Below, piece after piece: positions 39,081-48,828 of a stretch of 64,000 nt of DNA. The translations under genes were made by a program, and so were the position numbers. The notes under the pieces are model-generated. The model worked only from the letters and a program-made list of their open reading frames with translations, made no database searches and had not been told where the DNA came from. This DNA comes from Syntrophales bacterium (GTDB lineage: Bacteria > Desulfobacterota > Syntrophia > Syntrophales > UBA2210): assembly GCA_963666365.2 (NCBI GenBank), contig CAXXNF010000001.1:256001-320000 (forward strand). The letters are read 5' to 3'. Every line of letters begins with the position of its first letter. The stretch's first letter is position 1.

Positions 39081-39644
39081 TTATGACTTTTTGACCGGCC
39101 TCAGATGCATGCAGTACTTTTCTTCTTTTTCAATAGTCCAGCAGCCAGATTTCAGCATCTTGACCCGCGCCTCCCGCCTGCTCTGGTGGCCGTCGCTGAG
39201 GTAGAGCGAACCGCTCGGTTTCAGTATGCGATTCAATTCCCGTAAAAAGGAATCGGGGTCGCTTACCATATGGAACATGTCAAGGGCATAGATCACATCG
39301 GCGGCGCTATCGCCGAGGGGGCATTTCTCCTCTTTCGCCAGGAGCGCTTTGACATTATAAAGATTTTCTCTGACAATGCGTTTCTCCACTGCTTTGATCG
39401 CCAGTTCATGAATATCGACAGCAAACACCGTTCCATTTTCCCCCGCAAGCTCCGAGGCCCGCTTGAGATAGGACCCGGTACCGCAACCGTAGTCCACCAC
39501 CGTTTGCCCCTTGAGAATCCCGAACTTCCCCAGTCTATCGCCGGGCGTTGTGAGCCGATCCCGAAGAACGAACATCGCTGCCATAGCCCGAAAGGCGAAA
39601 TCGGGCATCCTGTCCATTTCTTTTCCTCGAAAATATTTACACAT
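39081..39644 (-). CDS. Class I SAM-dependent methyltransferase
   Basis: VVDYGCGTG, AVDIH, RILKPSG; AGGAGG RBS. Confidence 0.9.
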   Translation of the reverse strand: MCKYFRGKEMDRMPDFAFRAMAAMFVLRDRLTTPGDRLGKFGILKGQTVVDYGCGTGSYLKRASELAGENGTVFAVDIHELAIKAVEKRIVRENLYNVKALLAKEEKCPLGDSAADVIYALDMFHMVSDPDSFLRELNRILKPSGSLYLSDGHQSRREARVKMLKSGCWTIEKEEKYCMHLRPVKKS

Positions 39645-39656
39645 GGGTCCTCCTAG

Positions 39657-39682
39657 CGTTTAGCTACTAAACGTACATTATA
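39657..39682 (-). promoter_or_regulatory. Putative MarR operator palindrome next to a TATAAT -10 box
   Basis: CGTTTAG-CTA-CTAAACG (39657-39673); minus-strand TATAAT at 39682-39677. Confidence 0.7.
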
Positions 39683-39689
39683 AAAAAAT

Positions 39690-40154
39690 TTACTGCCTCT
39701 TTTTTAAAAATGTTTCGAACGTGGCAAGAAATTCATCAAGGAACCTGATCTTCTCCTCCGGCAGATGGGTAAAATATTCCCTGAAACCTCCATCCATTTT
39801 CTCATGCCAGTATTCGTGTGCATAATAGGCGGTCTTCCCTTTCGCGGTCAGTCCTACCAATATGCGCGAGTTGTTTTCCGGATCGCCGTACTTGGCAATA
39901 AGATCTTTATTTTCCAGTTTTTTTAATGTCTGGGAAACGGCGCCCTTGGTGACCCCCATTGCACGGGCAATATCGGTCACTCCCATTTCCCCTTTATTGC
40001 CGATCACCTCAATCAGGTGGATCTCCGAGCTGTAGAGATCTTCCTCCAGGCCGAACCGGCGGGGACGCTTCTCCAGCTGCTGCCAGAGTTTCACCACTCT
40101 GGCGAATTTACCGATAATGGAAAAGGGTGATACCGTTTCATTACTCATGGCCAT
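39690..40154 (-). CDS. MarR family transcriptional regulator
   Basis: SEIHLIEVIG, VTDIARAMGVTKGAVSQTLKKLENK, LTAKG. Confidence 0.92.
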   Translation of the reverse strand: MAMSNETVSPFSIIGKFARVVKLWQQLEKRPRRFGLEEDLYSSEIHLIEVIGNKGEMGVTDIARAMGVTKGAVSQTLKKLENKDLIAKYGDPENNSRILVGLTAKGKTAYYAHEYWHEKMDGGFREYFTHLPEEKIRFLDEFLATFETFLKKRQ

Positions 40155-40158
40155 GAAC

Positions 40159-40185
40159 CGTATAGCATCTAAACGCTTTTGTCAA
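40159..40185 (-). promoter_or_regulatory. marR promoter with second operator copy
   Basis: CGTATAG-CAT-CTAAACG (40159-40175); minus-strand TTGACA at 40185-40180. Confidence 0.65.
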
Positions 40186-40248
40186 TCACTTTTTTCCGTC
40201 AGGCACACACAATTTTTCGATGTAGAAATCCCTTAAGCTATGCTGCCT

Positions 40249-40719
40249 TTATTTGTTCTTTTCGGTAAGGCATTCCGAGAGGACATACTCAAATTGATGA
40301 AAGCAGGTATCTTTGTATATTTCTTCCTGCATGTAACGGTCCGCCTCTTCCTGCCTGCTGAAATCGCAGCCGGTCAGTGCTTTGCAGTCAGTGTCTCCGA
40401 AACGTTCGAGAAACCCCCGGAACAGCGCATTGACCGATTCGATCGCCGCAAGGCGCTGTTCGTTCTGGACGCCCGAAGCCATTGCCGGGTGATTTCCGGC
40501 CCTTAACCCGAGGAACGCCGCGCCGCCGAAGAGCGTGCCGCAAATGGTCTTCCCGGAATGAATCGCCCCCTGATAGCCGATTGCGGCGTTCTGATAGGGC
40601 GCCGCATCCCATCCTTCTTCCTCCCGCAGGACCTGCAGGGTCGCCTCCGCTCATGTGTAGCCTTCTGTCATAAGCATTACGCCGCGCTTCCAAAGTCTCC
40701 TGAGATAATCTTGCGTCAT
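40249..40719 (-). CDS. C-GCAxxG-C-C family redox selenoprotein (156 aa, Sec at codon 23)
   Basis: AGGAGG RBS; MTQDYLRRLWKRGVMLMTEGYT-UGA-AEATLQVL...ICGTLFGG...DCKALTGCDF...TCF; the UGA at 40653-40651 occupies the family's first Cys position and is in frame with track ORF 40249..40482. Confidence 0.85.
40623..40639 (-). promoter_or_regulatory. Bacterial SECIS element
   Basis: Starts 11 nt after the UGA: CCUGCAG-GUC-CUGCGGG hairpin, resembling the E. coli fdhF SECIS core UGCAGGUCUGCA. Confidence 0.8.
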
Positions 40720-40955
40720 AAAAACATCCTCCTTTCTCAAAGCCGAAGTGATACACAACGGGGAATACGTTGACATCTGTTACCAGGAATCGGAACATTG
40801 CGTCAACCAATGATTTATCATTGACAACCCCACCTTCTCCTGTTACGTAGCCTCATAGTAAGATTCAATAATCGCATCTAATTGTTACCACTTTTTCATG
40901 AGTAGTACCTTCACCTTAGCAGGGGGTAGCCGCATATCCCCACAAGGAGCTGCCT

Positions 40956-42206
40956 ATGTTTGATTTTTTACTCACCGAAGAACAGCTGAAAATTCGCGAC
41001 GAGGCCAGGGAGCTGGTGGCCTGGGTGCCCCGTCAGATGGTCCTCGATATGGACAAAGATGTCATAAAATTTCCGAAGGAATTTCTCCGCGAGGCGGGGA
41101 GGCGCAATCTCCTGGGCTGCCGCTATCCGAAACAATGGGGCGGCAGGGATATGGACTGGGTAACCTCCTGCATGCTCATGGAAGAGGTGGGCATGCTGGG
41201 CTACGAATTCGCCTGCGTCTTCGGCGTGGGCGCCGAGCTGGTCTGCGACGCCGTCATGCAGCACGGAACAAACGATCTGAAGGAACGCTACGTAAAACCC
41301 CTTCTCAAGGGCGATCTCTTCGCCGCCGAATGCCTCACCGAACCCAGGGGCGGTTCGGACTTCTTCGGCGCCGTTACTACTGCCGAGGACAGGGGGGACC
41401 ACTTCCTTCTGAGCGGTCAGAAACGATTTATCGTGGGAGGCGAAGGGGCGGACTTCTTCCTGGTCTACGCCCGCACCAACTTCGATCCCCAGGCCAAACC
41501 GCAGGAATCGCTTACGGCCTTCATTGTCGACAGGGGTCCCGGCGTAGAGACCAAATATCTCTACGGTCTCATGGGATGTCGCGGCGGAGGCACGGCCCGT
41601 GTGATCTTCAAAGATGCGAAGGTTCCCAGGGAAAATGTGGTCGGCAGGATCAACGGGGCCTACGACGTCTTCAACACCATGATGATTCCGGAGCGTCTCG
41701 GTACCGCCGCCATGACCATCGGTGCCGCCCAGCCCGCAATCGATATCGCCACGAATTACACCTCCCGGAGAAAGGCCTTCGGCCAGGTGATCAACCGCTT
41801 CGAAGGGGTCAGCTTCCAGATCGCAGAGGCGGTGATGCTCCTCGATGCGGCCCGGTCGCTGGCCTACACCACGGCGCGGGCTGTCGATGCCGGCGTCGAC
41901 ATGAACCGCGTGCGCCGCATGGTCTCGGAGTCAAAAAAATTCATCACCGAATCCTGCCAGAAGGCGGTCCACAACGCCATGCAGGTGATGGGCGGAATCG
42001 GCTACACCACCATCTTCCCCGTGGAGCGCATTCATCGGGACATCCGCCTCGCCTCCATCTGGACGGGGACCAGCGAGGTCATGTCCATGATCACCGCCCA
42101 CGAATGGTACCAGGAATACTTCAAGACAAAGAAAAAACGCCTCGCCCGCGATTTCGAATATGACGCTGAAGAAGCGGATGCGGCCGACGAAAAAATATAC
42201 GAATAA
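40956..42206 (+). CDS. Acyl-CoA dehydrogenase
   Basis: ECLTEPRGGSD, LSGQKRFI, RKAFGQ, QVMGGIGY, IWTGTSE. Confidence 0.93.
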   Translation: MFDFLLTEEQLKIRDEARELVAWVPRQMVLDMDKDVIKFPKEFLREAGRRNLLGCRYPKQWGGRDMDWVTSCMLMEEVGMLGYEFACVFGVGAELVCDAVMQHGTNDLKERYVKPLLKGDLFAAECLTEPRGGSDFFGAVTTAEDRGDHFLLSGQKRFIVGGEGADFFLVYARTNFDPQAKPQESLTAFIVDRGPGVETKYLYGLMGCRGGGTARVIFKDAKVPRENVVGRINGAYDVFNTMMIPERLGTAAMTIGAAQPAIDIATNYTSRRKAFGQVINRFEGVSFQIAEAVMLLDAARSLAYTTARAVDAGVDMNRVRRMVSESKKFITESCQKAVHNAMQVMGGIGYTTIFPVERIHRDIRLASIWTGTSEVMSMITAHEWYQEYFKTKKKRLARDFEYDAEEADAADEKIYE

Positions 42207-42268
42207 CATACAGGCAAGGGGCTATAGGTCAGAGGATATGATGGGCTTTGCACTTCGCTACCCATGAT

Positions 42269-42697
42269 CTATAGCCTGCCGTCATCGAGAAATAAAAGAT
42301 GCACACGTGCTTCGAAGACAGGAGCAGTTCTTTCCAAGCTTATTTCTTCCGTGGCATAGAGCACCGCCCGTACGAGTCCGTCTTCCCGGAATTTATGGAT
42401 CTTAAGGTATTCGGGATCATTTGCCATCTTGAGGAAGGCCTTGCGGGAAGGATACTGCACGAACATTACGATGTCCCAGGCCTCGTCTCCGTTCAGCAGT
42501 TCCTTTGCCCTGCCGACGTAGAGCGATTTGCCGCCTAAGGCCTCCACAAATGTATTCGCCTCCTGGGCTTAGCGGGCATAGGATTCCGCTCCTCCGTCCT
42601 TGTTGAATTTCAAAAGATTGAGCATCACAATCGGCCTCTCGTCGGAATTTTTCAACAACGCCCTGAACTGATCCACATTCGACTTGATGGGACTCAT
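42269..42697 (-). pseudogene. DUF1330-family protein interrupted by one in-frame TAA (42571-42569)
   Basis: AGGAGG RBS; PIVMLNLLKF...ESYAR*AQEANTFVEALGG...WDIVMFVQYPSRKAFLKM reads in one frame. Confidence 0.8.
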
Positions 42698-42949
42698 CGC
42701 AATACCTCCTTTCAGGCATATCTGATCGATTGGCATTCCCTTGCCACAGGGGAATCGAGGGGGCAACACATATTTGGAAATATGGAAGCCACCCCTTTGA
42801 TAACACGAATGAACGACACAAGAGTTTTCTTGCATGTCGCGAGTTTATTCTTTAATGTGTAGAAAGTGTATCCGAATTACCGCACGAATCGCGTATCAGG
42901 AGACCTTTTCTTCTGTGCAGTTTTAAAATCATACGTAAGGAGATTATGA

Positions 42950-43519
42950 ATGAAAACCTTCGAAGAACTTTTGACGCAACGTCGTTCGATCAGGGATTTC
43001 GAAGAACGTGAGGTTGCCCTTTCGATACTGCAAGAGATGATACGGGAAAGTTCTCTCGCCCCCAGCGCCCGGAACGGTCAACCCTGGCACTTCATTATTG
43101 TCACCAACAAAAGCACAATCCGGGAACTTTCGAACGAATGCAAGCGCAACCTGCTTGACGACATCGCGCAGAATCCGGAGCTTCCCATCAAAGACTACCG
43201 GCCGGCGCTTGAAGACAAAGACTTCAATATTTTTTATAATGCCCCCTGTCTGCTCTATATCGTGGGTCCCGATTCGGTAAGCTCGCTTGATTTCGACTGC
43301 GCCCTTGCCGCGTCCTATCTAATGTTCGCTGCGGTAAGGCGGGGACTGGGGTCCTGCTGGATCGGTCTCGGCGCCCATATCAGAAGCCGGGAGATGAAAG
43401 ATGCACTCGGTCTTCCGTATAATTTCAGGATTGCGACGCCGCTTATCCTCGGGTACCCGCGGGTAATACCGGAGGCGGCGCCCCGGGAAGACCCGAAAAT
43501 TCTGAAAATTATTTCATGA
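42950..43519 (+). CDS. Nitroreductase family protein
   Basis: RRSIRDF, APSARNGQPWHF, GLGSCWIG. Confidence 0.93.
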   Translation: MKTFEELLTQRRSIRDFEEREVALSILQEMIRESSLAPSARNGQPWHFIIVTNKSTIRELSNECKRNLLDDIAQNPELPIKDYRPALEDKDFNIFYNAPCLLYIVGPDSVSSLDFDCALAASYLMFAAVRRGLGSCWIGLGAHIRSREMKDALGLPYNFRIATPLILGYPRVIPEAAPREDPKILKIIS

Positions 43520-44912
43520 CGTCCCCTTCGGCGCGTACGCTCAGGGCATCCAAAATTTCATGAATATCCGCACCGGGATGGGAGGACAGATAGAGGGCAA
43601 TGCGGTTGGCGGCGAAGGCCGCCGCTATGGAAGTACCGGCATAGCTGCCGGGGTCTCCCCTGTACCCCACCGGCAGCGACGCCATCCCCGGTGCATACAC
43701 CGACACGGACGAACCGAAGTTGGAGCGATCCCATATCGTACCGTCCCTGCCCAGCGCCCCGACGCCGATCACTGATGAATAGGCAGCCGGATATACCGGG
43801 TTGCCTGTCGGTTCGTTGCCGGCCGATGCGACCACAATGAGTCCCTTCGATGCCGCGTCATTCAGGGCCTGTTCCATAAATTCGCTGCCGGCATCGCCTC
43901 CCCAGCTCAGACTCAGCACGCGGGCACCGTTGCGGATTGCATACTCGATCCCCTGCAACAGTTGGAACCCTGAGATATGTCCGTTGTCATCTATCCCCCG
44001 AATTGGAATGAGGGGGACCGTGGCTGTTCCATCTTCCTCGACTCCGAAGGGCCTCACCATCCCCGATGCGATATAAGCCATCTGGGTCCCATGGCCCTGG
44101 GTATCTGCTATGGGGGTCCCGGGACTGAGCGTGTCCAGGCTCGCCAGGACAAGCCGCCCCAATCCTGCGCCCGCCGCAAGTCCCGTATCTATAATGGCGA
44201 TCGGCGCCCCTTTCCCGGCGCCTGAGACAGGAAACAGGGCGGAGTCAGACACGCCGGGCAGTGGTCTTGGACCGACTATGGAATAGGCATAGTGCGGCTC
44301 GGCGTGTGCAATGCCGGACTTTGACGTTATTTCCTCCACCAGCGAAAGGACGTCGGCGCCGTCGGGAAGACGAATCCTGTAGACCCCTGTGGCCGCGTAA
44401 TAATCAACTATCCTGCCTCCGATCTGCAGGAGAAGCTTCTGAAAATCCGCCATGCCAATGCCGGGCCTTACTGTGACAAGGAGTTCATTTTTCACAAAGA
44501 GCGCACCGGTTTTTGCATCTTTTTCAAGCGAAAGTACTGAAGGCGGCGTCAGCGGCTGCATGTATTCCTTCAACCCCGGCTGAAATACCTGAATTTCGGC
44601 AAGGCGGGGAGGGTGTCCGTCGAGACCCGGAATGGCTTCCCAGATCAGGACATGATTGAGCGATTTTAAAATCGCATTCAATCCCTGCTGCAGGGAACGA
44701 TCCCTGAAAGAAACCGTGATGAGCGGATTAATGCTCGGATCGATGCGGATCCTGATTCCCTGGCGGGCAAAATGCGTCAGAATGTCCTGAAGCGGCGCCC
44801 GGTCGGCGGTCATCGACAGAGTCTCTGCAGAGAGGCGCATATCAAAGGCCGACGCATAGGCGACGCAAAGAAAAAAAAGAATTGCAATCAGAAACGTCAA
44901 AAAATTCTTCAT
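43509..44912 (-). CDS. Secreted S8 (subtilisin-like) protease with N-terminal STN-like and pro-domains
   Basis: GGAG RBS; leader MKNFLTFLIAILFFLCVAYASA; catalytic triad IIDTG / HGTQMA / GTSIAA; oxyanion SAGN. Confidence 0.88.
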   Translation of the reverse strand: MKNFLTFLIAILFFLCVAYASAFDMRLSAETLSMTADRAPLQDILTHFARQGIRIRIDPSINPLITVSFRDRSLQQGLNAILKSLNHVLIWEAIPGLDGHPPRLAEIQVFQPGLKEYMQPLTPPSVLSLEKDAKTGALFVKNELLVTVRPGIGMADFQKLLLQIGGRIVDYYAATGVYRIRLPDGADVLSLVEEITSKSGIAHAEPHYAYSIVGPRPLPGVSDSALFPVSGAGKGAPIAIIDTGLAAGAGLGRLVLASLDTLSPGTPIADTQGHGTQMAYIASGMVRPFGVEEDGTATVPLIPIRGIDDNGHISGFQLLQGIEYAIRNGARVLSLSWGGDAGSEFMEQALNDAASKGLIVVASAGNEPTGNPVYPAAYSSVIGVGALGRDGTIWDRSNFGSSVSVYAPGMASLPVGYRGDPGSYAGTSIAAAFAANRIALYLSSHPGADIHEILDALSVRAEGDVMK

Positions 44913-45013
44913 TATCTCCACTGGTGCACTACGCTGCCGCCCCGCACTGTACGGAACACTTTCTGCCGGCTCGCCATAGAGCGTGCGAAATTTCAATTTA
45001 CCCTGTAGATCTT

Positions 45014-45820
45014 TCAAAGAATTACCCCTAACAGTAGCCACAGGGCAACAATTGCTTCGGTTCCGTGCACAATAACGGCCATCCAGTTGCTTCGGAAACG
45101 CCTCGCCGGCAGGCTGAGAATGATACCGGAAAACAGAATCTGGTGTGGAATTCCGAAGGGTTTGTGAAGATGGTACATGCCGAAAAACACACCGTTGAAG
45201 AACCAGTCCCACCGTCCGAAGACTCCTCTCATTTTCGGAAGCAGTATTCCGCGGAAAAGAAATTCTTCACCCAGCAGATAATTGAAGGGTATTGTGATCA
45301 GTGCCAGGACCAGCAACCACCATGCCCCTTTGTACTCCGGCGTCAACACCTGCCCCAGGCTGTAATGGGGCAGGTGTACTGCACAGGGGAATATTGTGCC
45401 GACGATGTCGGGTAGCGGAACATACTGCGAGGCATAGCTCAGTATAATGAATGGAAGGACCCACAGAAAAAGCCAGTAACTGCCCCTTCCCGTTCCGGGA
45501 GCACGGGGTCTTTGGTACCACATCCTTTGTCTGACAGTGCGCCACTTCACCTCTCCGCACTCTCTGCGCACGATAATCAGTGACAGCGCACACTGCCACA
45601 TAAGGCCGACAATCATGAAGGGCCAGAACACCACTAACGGCGGAACTTCTGAAGAAATATTAAAGCAGGCAATCACCGCCGGAGTGACGGCAAAGGCGAA
45701 CACCGGCATCGGTGCGGTGGCCAATGCCCATATGCCCACAATTTTCGCAAAACTGTATTGCCCACCTTCCGCCGCCTGCTCATCGCCTATGGCATCCGCT
45801 TCTCTATTCTGCCGTTTCAT
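45014..45820 (-). CDS. CPBP (CAAX/Abi) intramembrane metalloprotease
   Basis: EEFLFRG, FGMYH, VIVHG; multiple TM segments. Confidence 0.9.
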   Translation of the reverse strand: MKRQNREADAIGDEQAAEGGQYSFAKIVGIWALATAPMPVFAFAVTPAVIACFNISSEVPPLVVFWPFMIVGLMWQCALSLIIVRRECGEVKWRTVRQRMWYQRPRAPGTGRGSYWLFLWVLPFIILSYASQYVPLPDIVGTIFPCAVHLPHYSLGQVLTPEYKGAWWLLVLALITIPFNYLLGEEFLFRGILLPKMRGVFGRWDWFFNGVFFGMYHLHKPFGIPHQILFSGIILSLPARRFRSNWMAVIVHGTEAIVALWLLLGVIL

Positions 45821-46680
45821 TTCCCTCTCCTATTTTTCTCCCCTTCTCTGCCTTGTATAATGGATACTTCGTCGAGATCGCCCCGCAAAAATGCGATTAT
45901 ACGGTCGAATGCACGAGAATCCTGCCAGAAAAACAGATGCCCCCCTTCAAAGAATTCCAGCTGAGAGCCTTTGATCTGTCGGTGTATCGCTTCGAGATTG
46001 GCGGGCGCGGCAATGCCATCATATCGTCCTCCGCAGATATACACAGGCATGGCAAGAGCCGGAAGCCGGTCATAGGCGTCATGAAGGGCACGGGCGGCCA
46101 TCTGCCGGCGTGCGCCGGTTTCGCGCCCCGGCTCGTCGGCGCCTATTTGCAGATCCTTCACCGCTTGATCGATCAGGACCTTAAATTTTGAGGGATTGGC
46201 GGCCTGCCAGGCATCATCCCGGCGCGTATCGCCCAGTTGAAGCATGCGGTGCACATACTCCTCGACCGGAAGATGGGCCAGTTCGTGCAGGGGGTATGAG
46301 GCGCCGCCGTTCCCCCCGCTGCTGGTGCAGGCAAGGACAAGGCGTTCCACACGGTGCGGATGGCGCAATGCAAATTCCTGCGCCACCATTCCGCCAAAGG
46401 AAATTCCCAAGACAGCACAACGTTCCCATCCTGCGGCATCGAGCAGAGCGTCGGCATCATCGGCATAGTCTGACATGGCATAGGGGATATCGGGGGATGA
46501 GGTCCGGCCGAGACCGCGCTGATCATAGCCCAGTATTGTGAAATGTGCGGCAATCGGCATATCGAAGATCGTCGGGGACCGCCGCAAGTCTCCCCCCGTC
46601 CCGCTGATACTGAGCAGCGGGGGACCGGCCCCATGAATCTCGTAATACATGCGAATGTCGCGAACAGTTGCAAACGGCAT
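45817..46680 (-). CDS. Alpha/beta hydrolase
   Basis: YDQRGLG, nucleophile GISFGG, GRYD, GGH. Confidence 0.9.
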   Translation of the reverse strand: MPFATVRDIRMYYEIHGAGPPLLSISGTGGDLRRSPTIFDMPIAAHFTILGYDQRGLGRTSSPDIPYAMSDYADDADALLDAAGWERCAVLGISFGGMVAQEFALRHPHRVERLVLACTSSGGNGGASYPLHELAHLPVEEYVHRMLQLGDTRRDDAWQAANPSKFKVLIDQAVKDLQIGADEPGRETGARRQMAARALHDAYDRLPALAMPVYICGGRYDGIAAPANLEAIHRQIKGSQLEFFEGGHLFFWQDSRAFDRIIAFLRGDLDEVSIIQGREGEKNRRGK

Positions 46681-46824
46681 GACAGGTTGCCCTCCTCGTC
46701 GGCGCATTTCGCATAATGTCCCTATGCTTTTTACACACTGCCGATACAGAATACCATAAATTTGTAATTTTATATGCAATGTTTCATAAAGGCCAGTGAC
46801 AAAATTTCTCTTAACTTTTGCGGC

Positions 46825-46851
46825 TAAAGTTTCCGGCGTTTCTGCCGATTA
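46825..46851 (+). promoter_or_regulatory. Sigma28 (FliA) promoter
   Basis: TAAA-15 bp-GCCGATTA upstream of a chemoreceptor gene. Confidence 0.8.
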
Positions 46852-46929
46852 ACGAAACAGTACAGTTGTTGCATTGGATTTAATGGTTGCACACCTTCAC
46901 CAACGCAAAAAAGACTGAGAGGGAAAGAC

Positions 46930-48828
46930 ATGTTTAGAAATGCAACTTTGGGGAAGAGAATAGGTTCCGGTTTTGCCATATTGTGCGTTCTCACGATAGC
47001 GGTCGGCAGTGCGGGATACTTCGGGCTGACCCGCGTCCTGCATGTTATGGATTTCTACCGGGATACCGCCACCATCAAGGATATCGTCGCCTCCATCAAG
47101 GGGGAAGTCGATCAATATCTTCTTTTCAATTATGACGAAGGAAGAATGACGCAGGCACCCGCCAGGGAGCGGGCATTCGCCCACACGGAAAAGGGACAGC
47201 ACTATATTCTCGAGATGCTTCAGTCGTCAACTCTCAGTGCAGAAGAGAGAAAAAATGTCGAGGCGGTAAAAGCTGAAATGGATGCTTTCAAAAGCGCATT
47301 GAACAGTTATGTCGATGCCGAAGCGGCAAAAATGAAAGCATCGAAGAGGTTCAGCGAAATTAGTGCGGATTTAATTGCAACCGTGGTAAAGGCAAAATTA
47401 TGGGTTGACGACTTACGGGCGGCACACACTGTGTTAACAGCCGACGTGGACACCTATTTCAATCGCTCACTGGAATCGGCTTGGCAACGGATAACCGCCG
47501 ATCTGGAAAATTTAAAAAAAGTGGTGGGAGACTGGCACTTCAAGGTTGAAAACAGCGAGCAGCTGAACGCCCTGGGAAATGTAATGAAGGCACACATCGA
47601 ACAGCTGAACGTCGAACTTTTGAACTATCATAAAGGCGTAGTTGACCAGCAGGAATACCATGCGCTCATGGAACAGCACAGGAAGCGCATCGGGAATATT
47701 TGGGCGGCGCTCGAAAAGACCAGCAGTGAAAAGCTGCAGAAGCAAACCAGAGTTTCTCTGACCTGGATCATAGGCATCATTATCGCATCACTGGTGATCG
47801 CAGTAGTATATTCCTGGATTACGATCCGCAACGTGGTGGGTTTAACGAGAAGAATCGCCAGTGATGTGATTGAGGGATCCGATCGTATCGGCGCGGCCTC
47901 GGATCAGATATCTCATTCAAGTCAGCAACTCGCCGAGGCGGCAAGCGAGCAGGCGTCTTCACTGGAAGAAACATCATCTTCTCTTGAGGAGCTGGCGTCG
48001 ATGACGAAGCAAAACGCCGATAGCGCCCGCCAGGCGAATGCATTGACCGGTGAAGCGCAACAGGTGGTGCAGGAGGTAAGCGAAAAATTATCCAAAATGA
48101 GCAGGGCGGTGGACGAAATCGGGAAAAATTCCGAGGAAACATTCAAGATTGTGAAAACGATTGATGAAATAGCCTTTCAGACAAATCTTCTTGCGCTCAA
48201 TGCCGCCGTTGAAGCGGCACGGGCGGGAGAACAGGGCGCTGGTTTCGCCGTTGTGGCCGAAGAGGTGCGAAGTCTTGCCATGCGTTCGGCGGAAGCGGCA
48301 AAAAGCACAAATGCGCTCATAGGAAAAACCGTCGATTCCGTCAAGGAAGGGGCGTTACTCAATAGGGAAGTAAATGAGTCTTTCACCAGGAATGCGGAGA
48401 TAGTGGGAAAGACGAACGAGCTGGTAAGCGAAATTGCCGCTGCGTCGCACGAACAATCGCAGGGAATCGGCCAGATCAACAAAGCCGTGACGGAGATGGA
48501 TAGAGTGACACAGCAAAATGCAGCCACTGCTGAGGAGAGTGCCGCGGCTGCGGAAGAAATGAACTCGCAGGCATGGCAAATGAAGGAGGCGGTGAGAAAA
48601 CTGGTCCGGCTGGTCGGAGGAGGCATGAGCGGCAACGGCAAAAATGAAAAAAGCGCTGCGCGAGGCAAGCAACAGCCGAATGACGCCGACCAACGCTTTT
48701 CTTACACACAGCAGGCGGCGGATAGCGCATCGCTCAGGGAAGACGACGCACCGCCGTCCGTACCCTCAATCGCCAGACACAGGAGCGCCGCGCTTATTGA
48801 GGGGACCGACAATTTCAAAGATTTTTAG
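46930..48828 (+). CDS. Methyl-accepting chemotaxis protein
   Basis: Two TMs around a helical periplasmic domain; [34 protein letters not shown]. Confidence 0.96.
   Translation: MFRNATLGKRIGSGFAILCVLTIAVGSAGYFGLTRVLHVMDFYRDTATIKDIVASIKGEVDQYLLFNYDEGRMTQAPARERAFAHTEKGQHYILEMLQSSTLSAEERKNVEAVKAEMDAFKSALNSYVDAEAAKMKASKRFSEISADLIATVVKAKLWVDDLRAAHTVLTADVDTYFNRSLESAWQRITADLENLKKVVGDWHFKVENSEQLNALGNVMKAHIEQLNVELLNYHKGVVDQQEYHALMEQHRKRIGNIWAALEKTSSEKLQKQTRVSLTWIIGIIIASLVIAVVYSWITIRNVVGLTRRIASDVIEGSDRIGAASDQISHSSQQLAEAASEQASSLEETSSSLEELASMTKQNADSARQANALTGEAQQVVQEVSEKLSKMSRAVDEIGKNSEETFKIVKTIDEIAFQTNLLALNAAVEAARAGEQGAGFAVVAEEVRSLAMRSAEAAKSTNALIGKTVDSVKEGALLNREVNESFTRNAEIVGKTNELVSEIAAASHEQSQGIGQINKAVTEMDRVTQQNAATAEESAAAAEEMNSQAWQMKEAVRKLVRLVGGGMSGNGKNEKSAARGKQQPNDADQRFSYTQQAADSASLREDDAPPSVPSIARHRSAALIEGTDNFKDF

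Noticed and set aside
26384..42571. Genome-wide TAA reassignment suggested by two in-frame TAAs
   Set aside because: TAA is the normal stop of many clear genes here, and the two sites imply different amino acids
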